The notes under the pieces were generated by a model. It was not told where the DNA came from, did no database searches, and saw only the letters and a program-made list of their open reading frames with translations. Source: Calcarisporiella thermophila CBS 279.70 (taxonomy: Eukaryota > Fungi > Calcarisporiellomycota). From it: a stretch of 64,000 nt of DNA. The stretch spans positions 283,807 to 347,806 of the forward strand of contig NW_027192195.1 of the NCBI RefSeq assembly GCF_041956535.1, read 5' to 3'. A program made the position numbers and the translations under genes. Of this stretch, positions 39,201-51,287 are shown piece after piece; positions within the stretch are counted from its first letter, which is position 1; each line of letters opens with the position of its first letter.

Positions 39201-42200
39201 TGATCAATGTAAATGTTCGCTTGCATATTTCTATAAAATTTGAAATTTCGTAGCTATGGCTAATAATCATTTTATAATTTCCAACCTGTAGCTTGGTGAC
39301 GAGCAAAGAATTTATTTCACCATCCATCATCTCGCTGTTGATCTCGTGGCTTGGAGAATTCTTTTGGAGGATCTTGAGTTGTTACTTAAGGGAGGGAAAC
39401 TAGAAGAAAAGACTACCTCGTTCAGAGATTGGGCTATATCTCTGAAACAACAGGCATTATTATTTGATCCTTCACCGTGGAAGCGGTACATAAATACAAC
39501 TGAAATGGATATGCTAATAAAGGGCGATAGTGTCGAGTAAGATGGCAATAATTGTAGTTGTGAATGCAATCGTTTTTAACATTATCTTAATTTGTTTAGA
39601 GCTACTTGCACCGGAAACCAGCTTCTGATAAATAAGATCAATTTCAAAGCGTCCAGGCTGTTGGATGAGGCAAACAAAGCATATAGAACCAGTACACAAG
39701 ATTTGATCCTTGTAGCTCTTCTACAAAGCTTCCATATGATTACCGGGGAATCGAATCTATCACTCTTTCTTGAGGGTCATGGCCGCGAGCCTTGGAAGAG
39801 TGAACTAGATGTCTCACGGACAGTAGGATGGTTCACCACGGTATACCCTGTCGCTCTGTCCATTGCAGATAAAGAGCCTCTTAGCATTTTAATCGAGAAG
39901 GTTAAGGGCACTCTTCGAGCAGTTCCTGACAACGGCCTCTCCTATGGTGCTATCAAATACCTCGCACCATCCACTGAGGCGACGGACCCAATCAAGAGAC
40001 ACAAAATGACCCCGATAACCTTCAACTATTTCGGGCACTTCCACAATTTTGAAAAGACGGCTGCATTTTTTCGTCCTGACGAACGCTATATTGGCGATGA
40101 TAGCGCAGACGACGAAATTTTCACTGAAATAGAGATGAATTGCTACTTTGATGTTAACGGGTGTCTACAACTGAACATTGAATTCAATTCTTCTTTATTC
40201 CAGTTCGAGATCCTGTCCTCATGGGGATCGAAATGGGCCGAGACAATGGAAAGGATTATTGACCACTGCTGTGACTCCAATATTCCAGGCGGTTTCATAG
40301 CATCAGATTTCACTCTTCTATCAGATCCGGCATTAGTTTCAGAGTTTGAAAAGGAGCATTTACCGGCGCTACGGCTCAAGCCTCGTGACGTGGAAGACAT
40401 CTACCCCACAACACCCTTACAGGCGAGTTTCATCTCTGCGCTTGCTCGGGATCCTCAAGCATATGTGGTGCAATCGGTGTATGAAATCGAAGGAGATTTT
40501 GATATCTCCTTGCTGAAGGCAGCCTGGACCCATGTTGCCTCTGCTAATGCTATCTTGCGAACTGCATTTGTCTCCACACATGAAGGCATTTTCCAGGTTG
40601 TGCTCAAATCTCCCCCAGATGTGTTTGAAGAAACATTGGAGTGGAGTGAAGGAGAGGTAGAGGAGCTCCAAGCTGGCTACTTAATGACGGATCGTCGCCG
40701 CGGTTTTCGATTAGATAATATTACGTTTGCAAGGATAACAGTAGTCCATATCAAAGATACTAATCGCTACCGACTCTTTTGGACCTTGCATCATTCTATA
40801 ATTGATGCATGGTCTGAGTCGATATTAATCAGTGATATATTGAAAGCATATTCAAATGGATGTGTTGATTCTCGGCCATCATTCAAGGAACACGTGGAAA
40901 CAGTACTTTCAATCAACTTAGATGAAGCCAAAGAGTATTGGAAGTCGGTGTTTGCAGGAGCAAATGTACCCGATAAATTGGATATTTTAGACTCCATAAC
41001 CAATTCAGAGCAAAGTGGGCCTATTACAAAGTCATATAGCCTGGATGTCCCAGTCGATGCAATTATGAGATACTGCAAACTCTCCGGTGTAACTATGTCC
41101 AACTTCCTTCAAGCAATATGGGCAATTGTTCTGAGACATTATACTCGATGTGATGATGTGATCTTTGGATGCGTTGTGATGGGGCGTGATGAAAGAGTGT
41201 ATGATGTTACAAGGTACGTTCAAATTTTTTTAACTGCACCTGTAATTCCTATGATAACACCTAGAAATACTAATACTAATTGAATTGTATATATAAATAT
41301 AATAATATTTATAGAATAATCGGTGCGTTTATAAATACTATACCAACTCGGATTATGATGAAGGATTCGATGACTATAGCCGAGCTTCTAAAAGCAGTGC
41401 AAGACTACAATGTGGCTTCGCTTCCTTACAACCATGTTCCTCTTACCGATATCAAGCGATGGACAGACCTACCTTGGACTCGGGAGATGTTCACGTCTCT
41501 CTTTTCATATCAGAACATTAGTTCTCAACTAGATACCGTCAAAAATGTGCCAAGTGGACTTAAAATGACTGAGATCGAGCAATTCGAGGCCACTGAATAT
41601 CCTATTGCTCTTACGATTAGCTCGACGGAACACTCTCTGTTTGCTGACGCTTTAATCAACACTGCATTGATTGGACATGGAGCTGTGGATAGGATGATAT
41701 CTAAATTCAACGAAGTTTTGCTGATTCTACTTAATGCTTCTCCCGAGCGCCTTCCAACTCTACGTGAGCTTGACTCACTATCATCTGAAGATAGCTCATT
41801 TATCGCGGAAATAAGCCATGGAAAGCAAGCCCCGCTTTTGTATCCCTGCTTGCACCATGGCTTCGAACATAATGCTGCGATACAAGCTAATACCCTAGCT
41901 GTGGAGGAGCCACAAGGAAGGAGTATTACATATGGTGAGCTGGATGCTCGCGCTAATGGTCTTGCACATATCCTTCGTGACCAAGGTGTGGCTCCAGGAC
42001 ACAGCGTTGGACTAGTAATCAAGCGTTCGATTGAGATGATTGTTGGAATCCTCGCAATTCTCAAGGCTGGTGGAGCTTATGTGCCGATAGACGCCGCTTT
42101 ACCGAAGAACCGTATCGACTATATGTTAAAAGACTCGTCATGTACTGTTATAGTGGCAACCCAAGCGGATTTCTTATCTGTACACATGCATGAGAACTAT

Positions 42201-45200
42201 GGAGTCGTCATTATTGACGAGTTCATGCAATCATTCCCGGAGCGCAGGTCCAAACCGGTAGAGCTGTCATCCAGTTCGGATAATGCATACGTGGTGTACA
42301 CATCTGGTACAACTGGTAAGCCAAAAGGAGTATCAATCAGTCATGGAGGTGCAATGAATTGCATTCAAGAGCTTCTTCAGAAAAATGGTTCAGGCCCGGG
42401 AGTATATCAATCACAATTCATGGGGATAGGTTTTGATGGTGCGGTTGCAGAAATATTTACCTGCTTTACTCACGGTGGAACCTTAGTTCTTCGCTCAGAT
42501 AGTGATCTATTTGAATCGCTGAGGAACGTCGAGGCGTTATTTATAACACCGACTGGTCTTCAACATCTGAAGCTCGAGCATGTTCCCAAATTAAGAGTTA
42601 TGACTGTTGGAGCCGAGGCAGTTCCTCAATCTCTGGTAGACGTGTGGACACAGCACGTCGAGCTGTTTAATGTATATGGCCCAACCGAGACAAGTATAAT
42701 ATCCAGTATGCAGAAGCTTAATGCAAATGAGAGAATTGGTGTTGGCCGACCTTTCAATAATGCTTCATATTATGTTCTTGACCAAGCTCTTAAAATGGTT
42801 CCATTGGGCGTCGCTGGTCAACTTTATATCGCAGGTGCTGGGGTATCAAAAGGCTATATCAATGAGCAGAAGTTGACCTCAGTAAGTTTTATCGACAATC
42901 CCTTCGTTCCAGGAACATTGATGTACAGGACTGGTGATATGGCGCGTTGGAATATGCAAGGCAATTTGGAAATCATAGGACGAGTTGATGATCAAGTGAA
43001 AGTTAAGGGATATCGAGTAGAGCTTAGTGAAGTTGCGACTGCCATAAATTCACTCAAAGGGGTAGAAGCAGCCGTTGCCATAGTCAAGGATAATACACTG
43101 TATGGTTTTGTTACGCCTTTCATTAAGAATGTCGATGCGATTCATGACTCTTTATTCGATTTACTGCCTGGATACATGGTGCCAGCTAAAATTGTGGCAT
43201 TGGACAAGTTCCCTCAGACATGCAATGGAAAGGTCGATAAGTCTAAGCTAATGGATATGTTACTTCAGCCTGCAATGGATAAGCAGCTCCCTGTTACCGA
43301 TAAACAAAAACTAGTTATCGATTTGATGGCATCAGTTCTCGACATCGATGTGAGCCAGATCAATCTCAATACATCATTCTTCGCCCTCGGAGGTGATTCC
43401 ATCTCGGCAATTGCTCTGGTATCTGCATTCCGGAGACACGGTCTAATCATCAGTGTAGCACAGATTTTCAAGGCACCTACTCCTGCTAGAATGGTAGCAG
43501 TTGCTCAAGAGAGGCGCGATAAACTAACATACAGCTTGGATTCTGATGGAAGAGACCTCCAATTAACCCCCATCCAATGCTGGCTCCTTGGTACAATGAG
43601 ACATGACCCCAACCATTTCAACCGAGGATGGGTCCTTACTCCACGAGTCTATATTGATTCTGATAAGTTTATCCAATCCATTGCTTCCCTTGTTGCCCAC
43701 CACGATATGCTCCGAGCTCGCTACAGAAAAAATGATAGTGGAGAGTGGAAACAGACAATTGTAGAGAACAGCTTGTGCAAGAGTAACATTAGAATACTTA
43801 CTTGCAAGGATGAACAAGAGTTACAGGATAATATCAAGGCAATTGCTACATCATTGGATATCGAGAAAGGGATCATGTATTGTGCAACCCTACTAAATGT
43901 AAGTATCGCTTTGCATAATCTAATCTCTATTGATGTCTGATCATTATATATATTTTGCATCTTCAATTGACAAGGTGGGTAATGCGCAAAGAATATATTT
44001 CACAGCCCACCCCCTTGTTGTAGACAATGTCTCGTGGGAAAATATTCTCAGAGACCTTGAACAACTGTTGAAAGGAGGGAAACTACGGGAAAGGACTTCA
44101 TCTTTTCAGGAATGGGTCATTTCACAGGAACATCAGACTTCGATATTTGATTCTACTCTCTGGGAGAAATACTTCAACACAGCAAGCATGAACGTTCTTT
44201 TTATGGAGAACGGCATTGAGTAAGTAATTTACATTGGCTCTCTAAAGCCTCATCATAATGCTAATGCACTTCTAAATATTAAAAGAATCGCAAGTAGTAA
44301 TAACCAGCAAATTGTAAACAAACTCAGTGCTACTGTATCATCACTTCTTGATGCAGCAAACGAAGCATATAGTACAGACATTCAGGATTTGATCCTTGTT
44401 GCACTTCTTCTTAGCCTCCATGAGATAACCGGGGCAACAGATTTATCATTTATGATTATCGCCAATTCGCGTGAGTTTATACAAAACCATCTAGATTTGT
44501 CGCGAACAGTTGGGTGTTTCACCAATATTTACCCAGTCACATTGTCGACATCTCCTGCAGCTTCTCTTAGCACCGTGATTAAAGGAGTTAAAAGCACTCT
44601 ACGGAAAATTCCTAAAGAGAGATTCTCACACGGTGCCATCAAATATCTTGCGCCATCTTTCGAAGCAACAAAATCCATCAAGGACCACAGCATTTCACCA
44701 ATAGCCTTCAGCTATCACAGACGTTTCCAATTTTTCGAAAAATCTGACTCTTTTTTCACTCCTGATATCAAAGTTGATGCCTGTGAAATTCCTGAGGATG
44801 AGATTTTCAATGGGATTAAAATCAGGTGCTCGTTTGATGCTAGCGGATGTTTACAGCTGAGCTTTGTATTCAATGCCTCGTTGTTCCATACCGACATACT
44901 ATCCTCCTGGGGATCAAAATGGACCGAAACGATGGAGAGGATTGTAGAACACTGCTCTAATCCCAATACGCCGGGCGGCTTCATTGATTTGGATTTCTCG
45001 CTACTCTCAGATCACGCACTTATATCGGAGATTGAAACTAAGCATTTACCAGCATTGAAACTTCTGCCCCGTGATATTGAAGACATCTACCCAGCTACCC
45101 CCTTGCAAACGAGCTTCATCTCTGATCTCATTCGAGATGCTTCATCAAATGTGGTACAATTGGCATATAAGGTTGAAGGAATATTCAATGAAAACCGTCT

Positions 45201-48200
45201 GAGATATGCTTGGTATAAGGTTGCAATGGCAAACACTATCCTTCGTACTGCCTTTGTCTCAACACAAGCAGGTGTTTTTCAGCTCCTGCTTAAGACTCCT
45301 CCAAAAGTATTTGAAAATTCTCTGACATGGTACCCAGAAGAAGCAGACGAACTTCAAAAGGAGTTCCTGGCAGCCGACCGCCATCGTGGCTTTAATTTGG
45401 AAGATATCTCCTTTGCTAGGATTACAATTGTTCATATCGAAGGAACTAATTGTTATCGACTCTTCTGGATCATGCATCACTCTATCATAGATGGATGGTC
45501 TATTTCACTTCTACTTGATGATATGTTGAAGGCATATCGTAATGTCGAAGTGGAGGCTCGACCTCCATTCAAGAATCACGTTGAGGCAATTTTATCTGCT
45601 GACGTTGAGAATGCTAAAGAATACTGGAGATCTGTGTTTGAGGGTGCAACTCTGCCAGAGCCTCTTAAGCTGACTGATGGCAATACTGATCCCGAAACCG
45701 CTGAGCCAATCACTCGGGCGTATGACTTGGGGATTACGCTGAATGAACTTCACGCCTATTGCAAGGATATCGGAGTGACTCCTTCCAACTTCCTTCGATC
45801 TCTTTGGGCCGTCATTCTTCGGCACTATACCCGATGTGAGGATGTAACCTTTGGATGTGTAACCATTGGTCGGGATGAAAGCGTTGAGGGCATTACTAGG
45901 TATGTTGGATTTCGTATTTGAATAGAAGTGTTGGTCTACATTTTTTGGTTATAAATTTGATTGCAAATTTTTCTAACAATCGTTATCAATGCGTTATAGA
46001 ATGATAGGAGCGCTGATCAATACCATCCCGATTCGAGTCGTGTTGAAAGATTCGATGACTTTCAACGAGCTCCTCCAAGCAGTACAAGATTTCCATGTCA
46101 TTTCTCATCCCCACAGCCACGTTGCACTTAGCGATATTAGACGTTGGACTGGTCTTCCTTGGACACAGAAGATGTTCCCAACCATATTCTCTTTTCTCAA
46201 TTTTGGGCTACCACAATCATTTATTGGAGGGATAGAAGTTGGCTTTAGAATGACTGAAATTGAAGATCTCGAAGAGAACAATGTACGCTCAACCCAAAAC
46301 CAACATAAGCAATACAGTGGGATTGACTACCCATTGATTATCACAATTGATGCTGCAGGAGACAATATCAAGGCAATTTTAACTTTCAACCCTAGCATGG
46401 TTGGGATCAAAGTATTAAATAGGATGATGGCTAAATACCAGGATATTATACGAATGACCTTGTGCCATTCAACGGAAACCCCACAATTATTGGTTGACCT
46501 AGATCGGCTAAACAATAATGAAGAATCAGATCTTCAAAAATTTAGCGTTGGGGAAAATTATACCGTTCCATTTGAATGCTTACACCACGGCTTTGAAGAA
46601 ATGGCACAGCACTATCCAGAAGCTATTGCTGTCGAAGATGACGATAGAGCTATTAGTTACTTGAACCTCGATAAACGCGCTAATATAATTGCTCGCACTC
46701 TGCGACAACAAGGAGTCATTCCTGGAGTAACCGTTGGTCTTGTGATCTCGCGTTCCATTGAGATGATAATTGGGATCCTAGGTATCCTAAAGGCTGGTGG
46801 TGTCTACGTGCCAATCGATGCAGCATTTCCTTGCAAACGCATTGCATCCATCTTAGAACATGCATCCTGCTCGGTCTGTTTGACAACGACAAAAGACAAG
46901 AATGCAATTCCTCCAGAGTATTCACATAGGATCATATTCATCGATGGACAAAATTGGTTATCTGAGGATGCCAGCAAACCTGTAGAATTAACGAAAGGAG
47001 AGGATCTTGCATACATTATGTAAGTGAAATGTTATGTTCTTACTGTATATATTTTTACACTATGGCTGACATATTTAAATATAGCTTCACGTCGGGTACA
47101 ACAGGTAGATCGAAGGGGGTCATGATTCGTCATAATGGTGTGATTAGCAATATCATGGTACACCCTATTACTTCACTCCTTGGTCCTGGAACTCGAGTCG
47201 GTCAGTTTACAGCAATAGCATTTGACTCTGCTGTTGCAGACATATTTTCAACTCTGTCCACTGGGGCCACACTTGTTCTTCAAGGATCAGATTTCTTTAC
47301 CACATTAGCAAATGTGGATGTGGCAACTTTGACTCCGACTGGACTACAGCACTTGGATCCAAACGACTATAGAAACATTAAGATTGTTAACGCGATCGGA
47401 GAAACTTGTCCTTCCAGTTTGGTTGATCGTTGGGGAGATAGGGTCAAATTCTTCTCAGATTATGGTCCCACCGAGATATCTATTTATTGTTCTTGCTCAG
47501 ACCCACTTCGTCCAGGCACGCCAGTTACTATGGGGAAAGTACTACCAAATATGAGAGTATACGTATTAGATAATTATCTTAAACCAGTTCCCATTGGAGT
47601 CAAAGGACAAATATATGTTGGTGGTATTGGGGTTGCACTGGGATACCTTAACCTGCCTGAACTCACCTCGGAGAAATTCCTTGAAGATCCATATGGACCA
47701 TCCGGGAGTAGGATGTATGCCACTGATGATTATGCTCGTTGGCTACCCACTGGAGAGTTGGAATTCTGCGGCCGAAAAGACGATCATGTTAAACTGAGAG
47801 GATACCGTGTCGAACTCCAAGAGATTATGATTGCAATGAATCAGTACCCATCAGTTGAAAACTCGGTGGCAATAACTAAAGATAATGGTATCTTTGGCTT
47901 TGTTACTCCTATACACACTGACACCAACACTCTACGAGAATTTTTGTTCGATATTCTGCCCGAATATATGGTCCCCAGTACTATCATTGCATTAGAACAA
48001 TTTCCGACTACTGCAAATGGTAAAATAGACAAGTCCAAACTTTGTGAAATAGTAGCACAGCGAACAGATACACCACGACATCCGATCACCGAAAACCATA
48101 AATTAAATGAGGTCAATAAGCTTCTCTTACGGCACCCGCATATTTGTGATATCGTAAGTACCGTTTATCACAACGTGCATCAAGAAGAAACAATAGTAGC

Positions 48201-50186
48201 CTACTTTGTTCCTGAAACCAACGCGTGTATCGATGGTTTATTTTTCTCGACGAAATGTGAGCACGGAAAAGAAACCGAATTTCTATTGGAGAGTGGATGC
48301 GAAGATAGCGTACATTTATTTACTACGGTATTCAAAAAATACTTAAAGTCAAATCTGCCAAATCATCCTATTCCCTCTGGTGAGTTAAATACTTTGTCCT
48401 GAGTATGATTCGATTTAATTATATTTTAACCTTATATCTAGTGTTTATACCTCTGAAGAAGATACCGCTTACTCCTCAAGGGAAAATTGACCAAGATGCA
48501 CTTCCCCTCCCTGATACTTTGTCCCCTATTTCAGTGTCAATTGTTCCTGCAATTCAAGAAATGTCACTGACAGAGCAGATCATCCACGATATTTGGGTTC
48601 ACCTGCTTCCAAATCCTCCCAGACCATATATATCTCCAGACCTAAATTTCTTTGATTTAGGAGGGGATTCGATCCTTGCGACCCGATTAATCCTAGAACT
48701 AAGAAAGTCACACTTCAAAAATGCGCCCCTGAATTTAATACTTCGTGAACCAACTATATCTGGAATGGCAAAAAAGCTAGAGAAACTAAATGATGCTGGC
48801 TCTGGATGTGTGGAAAATGGAAGTAAAGCCATCGCCGCTGCAACAACTTCAATAGACGAAGGATTTAGTGACCATCTGGCCAGAAATAGACCATTTACTG
48901 CGGAATATGACTATGCATCTGAAATACCTGCCTTGATTAAAAGATATTTGCCAACATGTATCCCATTCCCTGAATCAGAAAAATCGTACGGGAAGACCTA
49001 TTTTCTTACCGGAGTAACAGGCTTTCTTGGTATTTTCATTTTAGAAACACTTCTCAAGCTGGACCCTTCAAGTCGCGTCATATGCCTTGTGCGCTCTAAA
49101 ACTCGAGAGGCTGCCATGGAACGTATAATTCAGGCGGCACAATCGCACCTAGTCTGGGAAAAAGAAGAATTCACTGCGCGTGTTGAAGCCGTGTGTGGAG
49201 ATCTAGGATCAAAAAAACTCGGTCTTTCAGACACAGAGTGGCAACACCTTTCACGAGATGTTGATGCAATAGTACACAATGGTGCACTCGTCCATTGGGC
49301 TTATACATATAACCAACTTTATCCTGCGAATGTTGAGGGAACAATGTGGTGCCTAAAGCTTGCTCTGACTTGCCGAACAAAAACATTTACCTTTGTAAGC
49401 TCAACATCAATGCTTGACACTGAATTTTATATGCAGCTCAGCGAAGAAATTATTAAAAGAGGTGGGCGCGGAATTAGTGAGAAAGACGATTTGGAGGGAA
49501 GCCGAGTGGGTTTAAAGAGTGGCTATGGTCAAACAAAATGGGTTGCTGAAAAACTAATTATGGAAGCTTGTGCTCGTGGAATGCCCGCAGCAATAGTAAG
49601 ACCAGGCTATGTACTTGGAAATTCGAAGACCGGAGTCTGCAATACCGACAACTTTATCTGGCGTCTAGTAAAAGGTTGCGTAGAGCTGGGTGCTGTACCA
49701 GATATACCAGAAGCAGTAAATATGTGCCCGGTTGACTATGTGGTAAAATGTATCGCGAAAGTCGCCATACGACCTGCACACGAGTTTAAACCGGATGAAG
49801 TAGTATTTCAAGTTACTCACCCAGCGCCATCGTTTACATTCAATGATCTTTTTGACTTTCTTCCTCTCTACGGATATGAGGTAGAACAGCATGACTATGA
49901 TAAGTGGCGTAATATACTCTTGGAATATACCTTGCGATCAAAGGAAAATGCTTTGTTCCCTTTGTTACCGGTATTACTCGATGAATCTCGTTCAGCTAAC
50001 AAATCTCCTGAGATCGACAACACCAATACATACCGACTTCTTCAAGGGGAAAATTCGCCTCGGATGACCGTAGACCTTGTGGGATTATATTTGGCCTATA
50101 TGGTGAGAATAGGATATATGTCAAAGCCCAGTAAAAGCGGTCTTAAATGCCTTCCAGAATTACCAGAGATATATACATTGATGTAA
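36252..50186 (+). CDS. Trimodular nonribosomal peptide synthetase: C(half)-A-T-E-C-A-T-E(inactive)-C-A-[Lys2-like Asub]-T-R; 11 exons, ~4,397 aa
   Basis: Introns at 36551-36616, 37541-37599, 39209-39291, 39537-39599, 41214-41314, 43899-43974, 44220-44285, 45900-45999, 47020-47084 and 48380-48441 join the ORFs in frame (13,194 nt). Motifs: three TSGTTG/YGPTE/NGK(I/V)D sets; three LGGDS; E1 HHLAVD, EGHGRE, RTVGWFT; C domains HHSIID(A/G)W; R domain GVTGFLG and GYGQTKWVAE. Confidence 0.93.
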
Positions 50187-50434
50187 TTGGCTATATTATA
50201 TTTAACGAAGGGGTGGAAATTCAATATTGTCAAGTGTCTTGATATACATATTATATTTGTCTTCTATGGTATTCATTTTGCCTACATTTTTCAATTTGGA
50301 GCAAAAGATAAATGACAATAGAATGACAACTATACGAATAACTAGATTTCTTGTTAATATATCTCTCACGCATTTGAAATTTTTAACCCTATAAAAGTCA
50401 TTGTGAGAAAAATATGCATTAGATGTGTGCTTTA

Positions 50435-50725
50435 ACCACTAGGGAGATTTCCGACGTATTTGGGATAAGCGACGACACTTTTTATAAATATTGTAGTCAG
50501 TAAGCACCCCGTTCTTCCATACCAAAAACAGGGCGACCATTCATTCTCACCGAGGGAGAAGAAAAAGACCTTGTTCGAAAGTTCAAACCTGGCATGTATG
50601 AGGATGTGGTCGGTGGTCTACGAAGATTCAAAGAGGTGTGCAACATATTCTTGTCTGGAATAGAAAAAGTTTTCAAGTGTGATAAGTGCACTACTAAAGA
50701 TGCGAGAATGACCTTATTATATAAA
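50435..50725 (+). mobile_element. Degenerate Tc1/mariner-like transposase N-terminal fragment
   Basis: One frame reads TTREISDVFGISDDTFYKYCSQ*APRSSIPKTGRPFILTEGEEKDLVRK: an HTH, then a GRP linker, then L(T)xxEExxLVR, typical of Tc1 DNA-binding domains. It has an internal stop and no DDE domain is seen. Confidence 0.55.
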
Positions 50726-51258
50726 GTGCATCAGTTGGTCGAGCGAGATCAAGAATTAAGTTAGGTAAAAAGAAATACTATTACATAATTCCCAGAGATT
50801 AAACGCGGAATTATCATTTCCAAAGATTAATCAAAATGCGGCAATGGTTCAGATGTGGTGAGGATGTGCGTCACTTCCCAGAAAATTAGTTTACGTGATG
50901 CATCGTTAAGGGATTGTAAGTAATGGGTACCATATTAGAAAATAATCCTCAGATGATTGGAGCTGGAAATTAAGCGTGTATGCGGGTAGGGAAAGAATTC
51001 ATGTCGTGTCCCACTTAGGCTGAATAGAAAAGCAAATGTTACAATACTAGAATGTTAGATCTTAATTCTACGATGTTTATTTTGAGTAATGAATACACAA
51101 ACGCAACTAGAATCCAACCAATACCCAGAATTTGGTTGAGCTATTGGAGGGGATCAAACTGAAAGGTATTATGAAAAGAACAGAGACTACATCAAAATAT
51201 AAATAGGATATAATAAAAGCAGTTTGACATACCAATTGTTATTAAAATGGGGAAAATT

Positions 51259-51287
51259 TTGGAAACAGCATAATATGCTGTTTCCAA
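51259..51287. repeat. 29-bp perfect palindrome
   Basis: TTGGAAACAGCATA-A-TATGCTGTTTCCAA; 14-bp arms. Confidence 0.85.

Noticed and set aside
37541-48441. NRPS as a frameshifted pseudogene or several separate genes
   Set aside because: Every ORF break coincides with a 59-101 nt GT-AG intron, and splicing restores one continuous frame.
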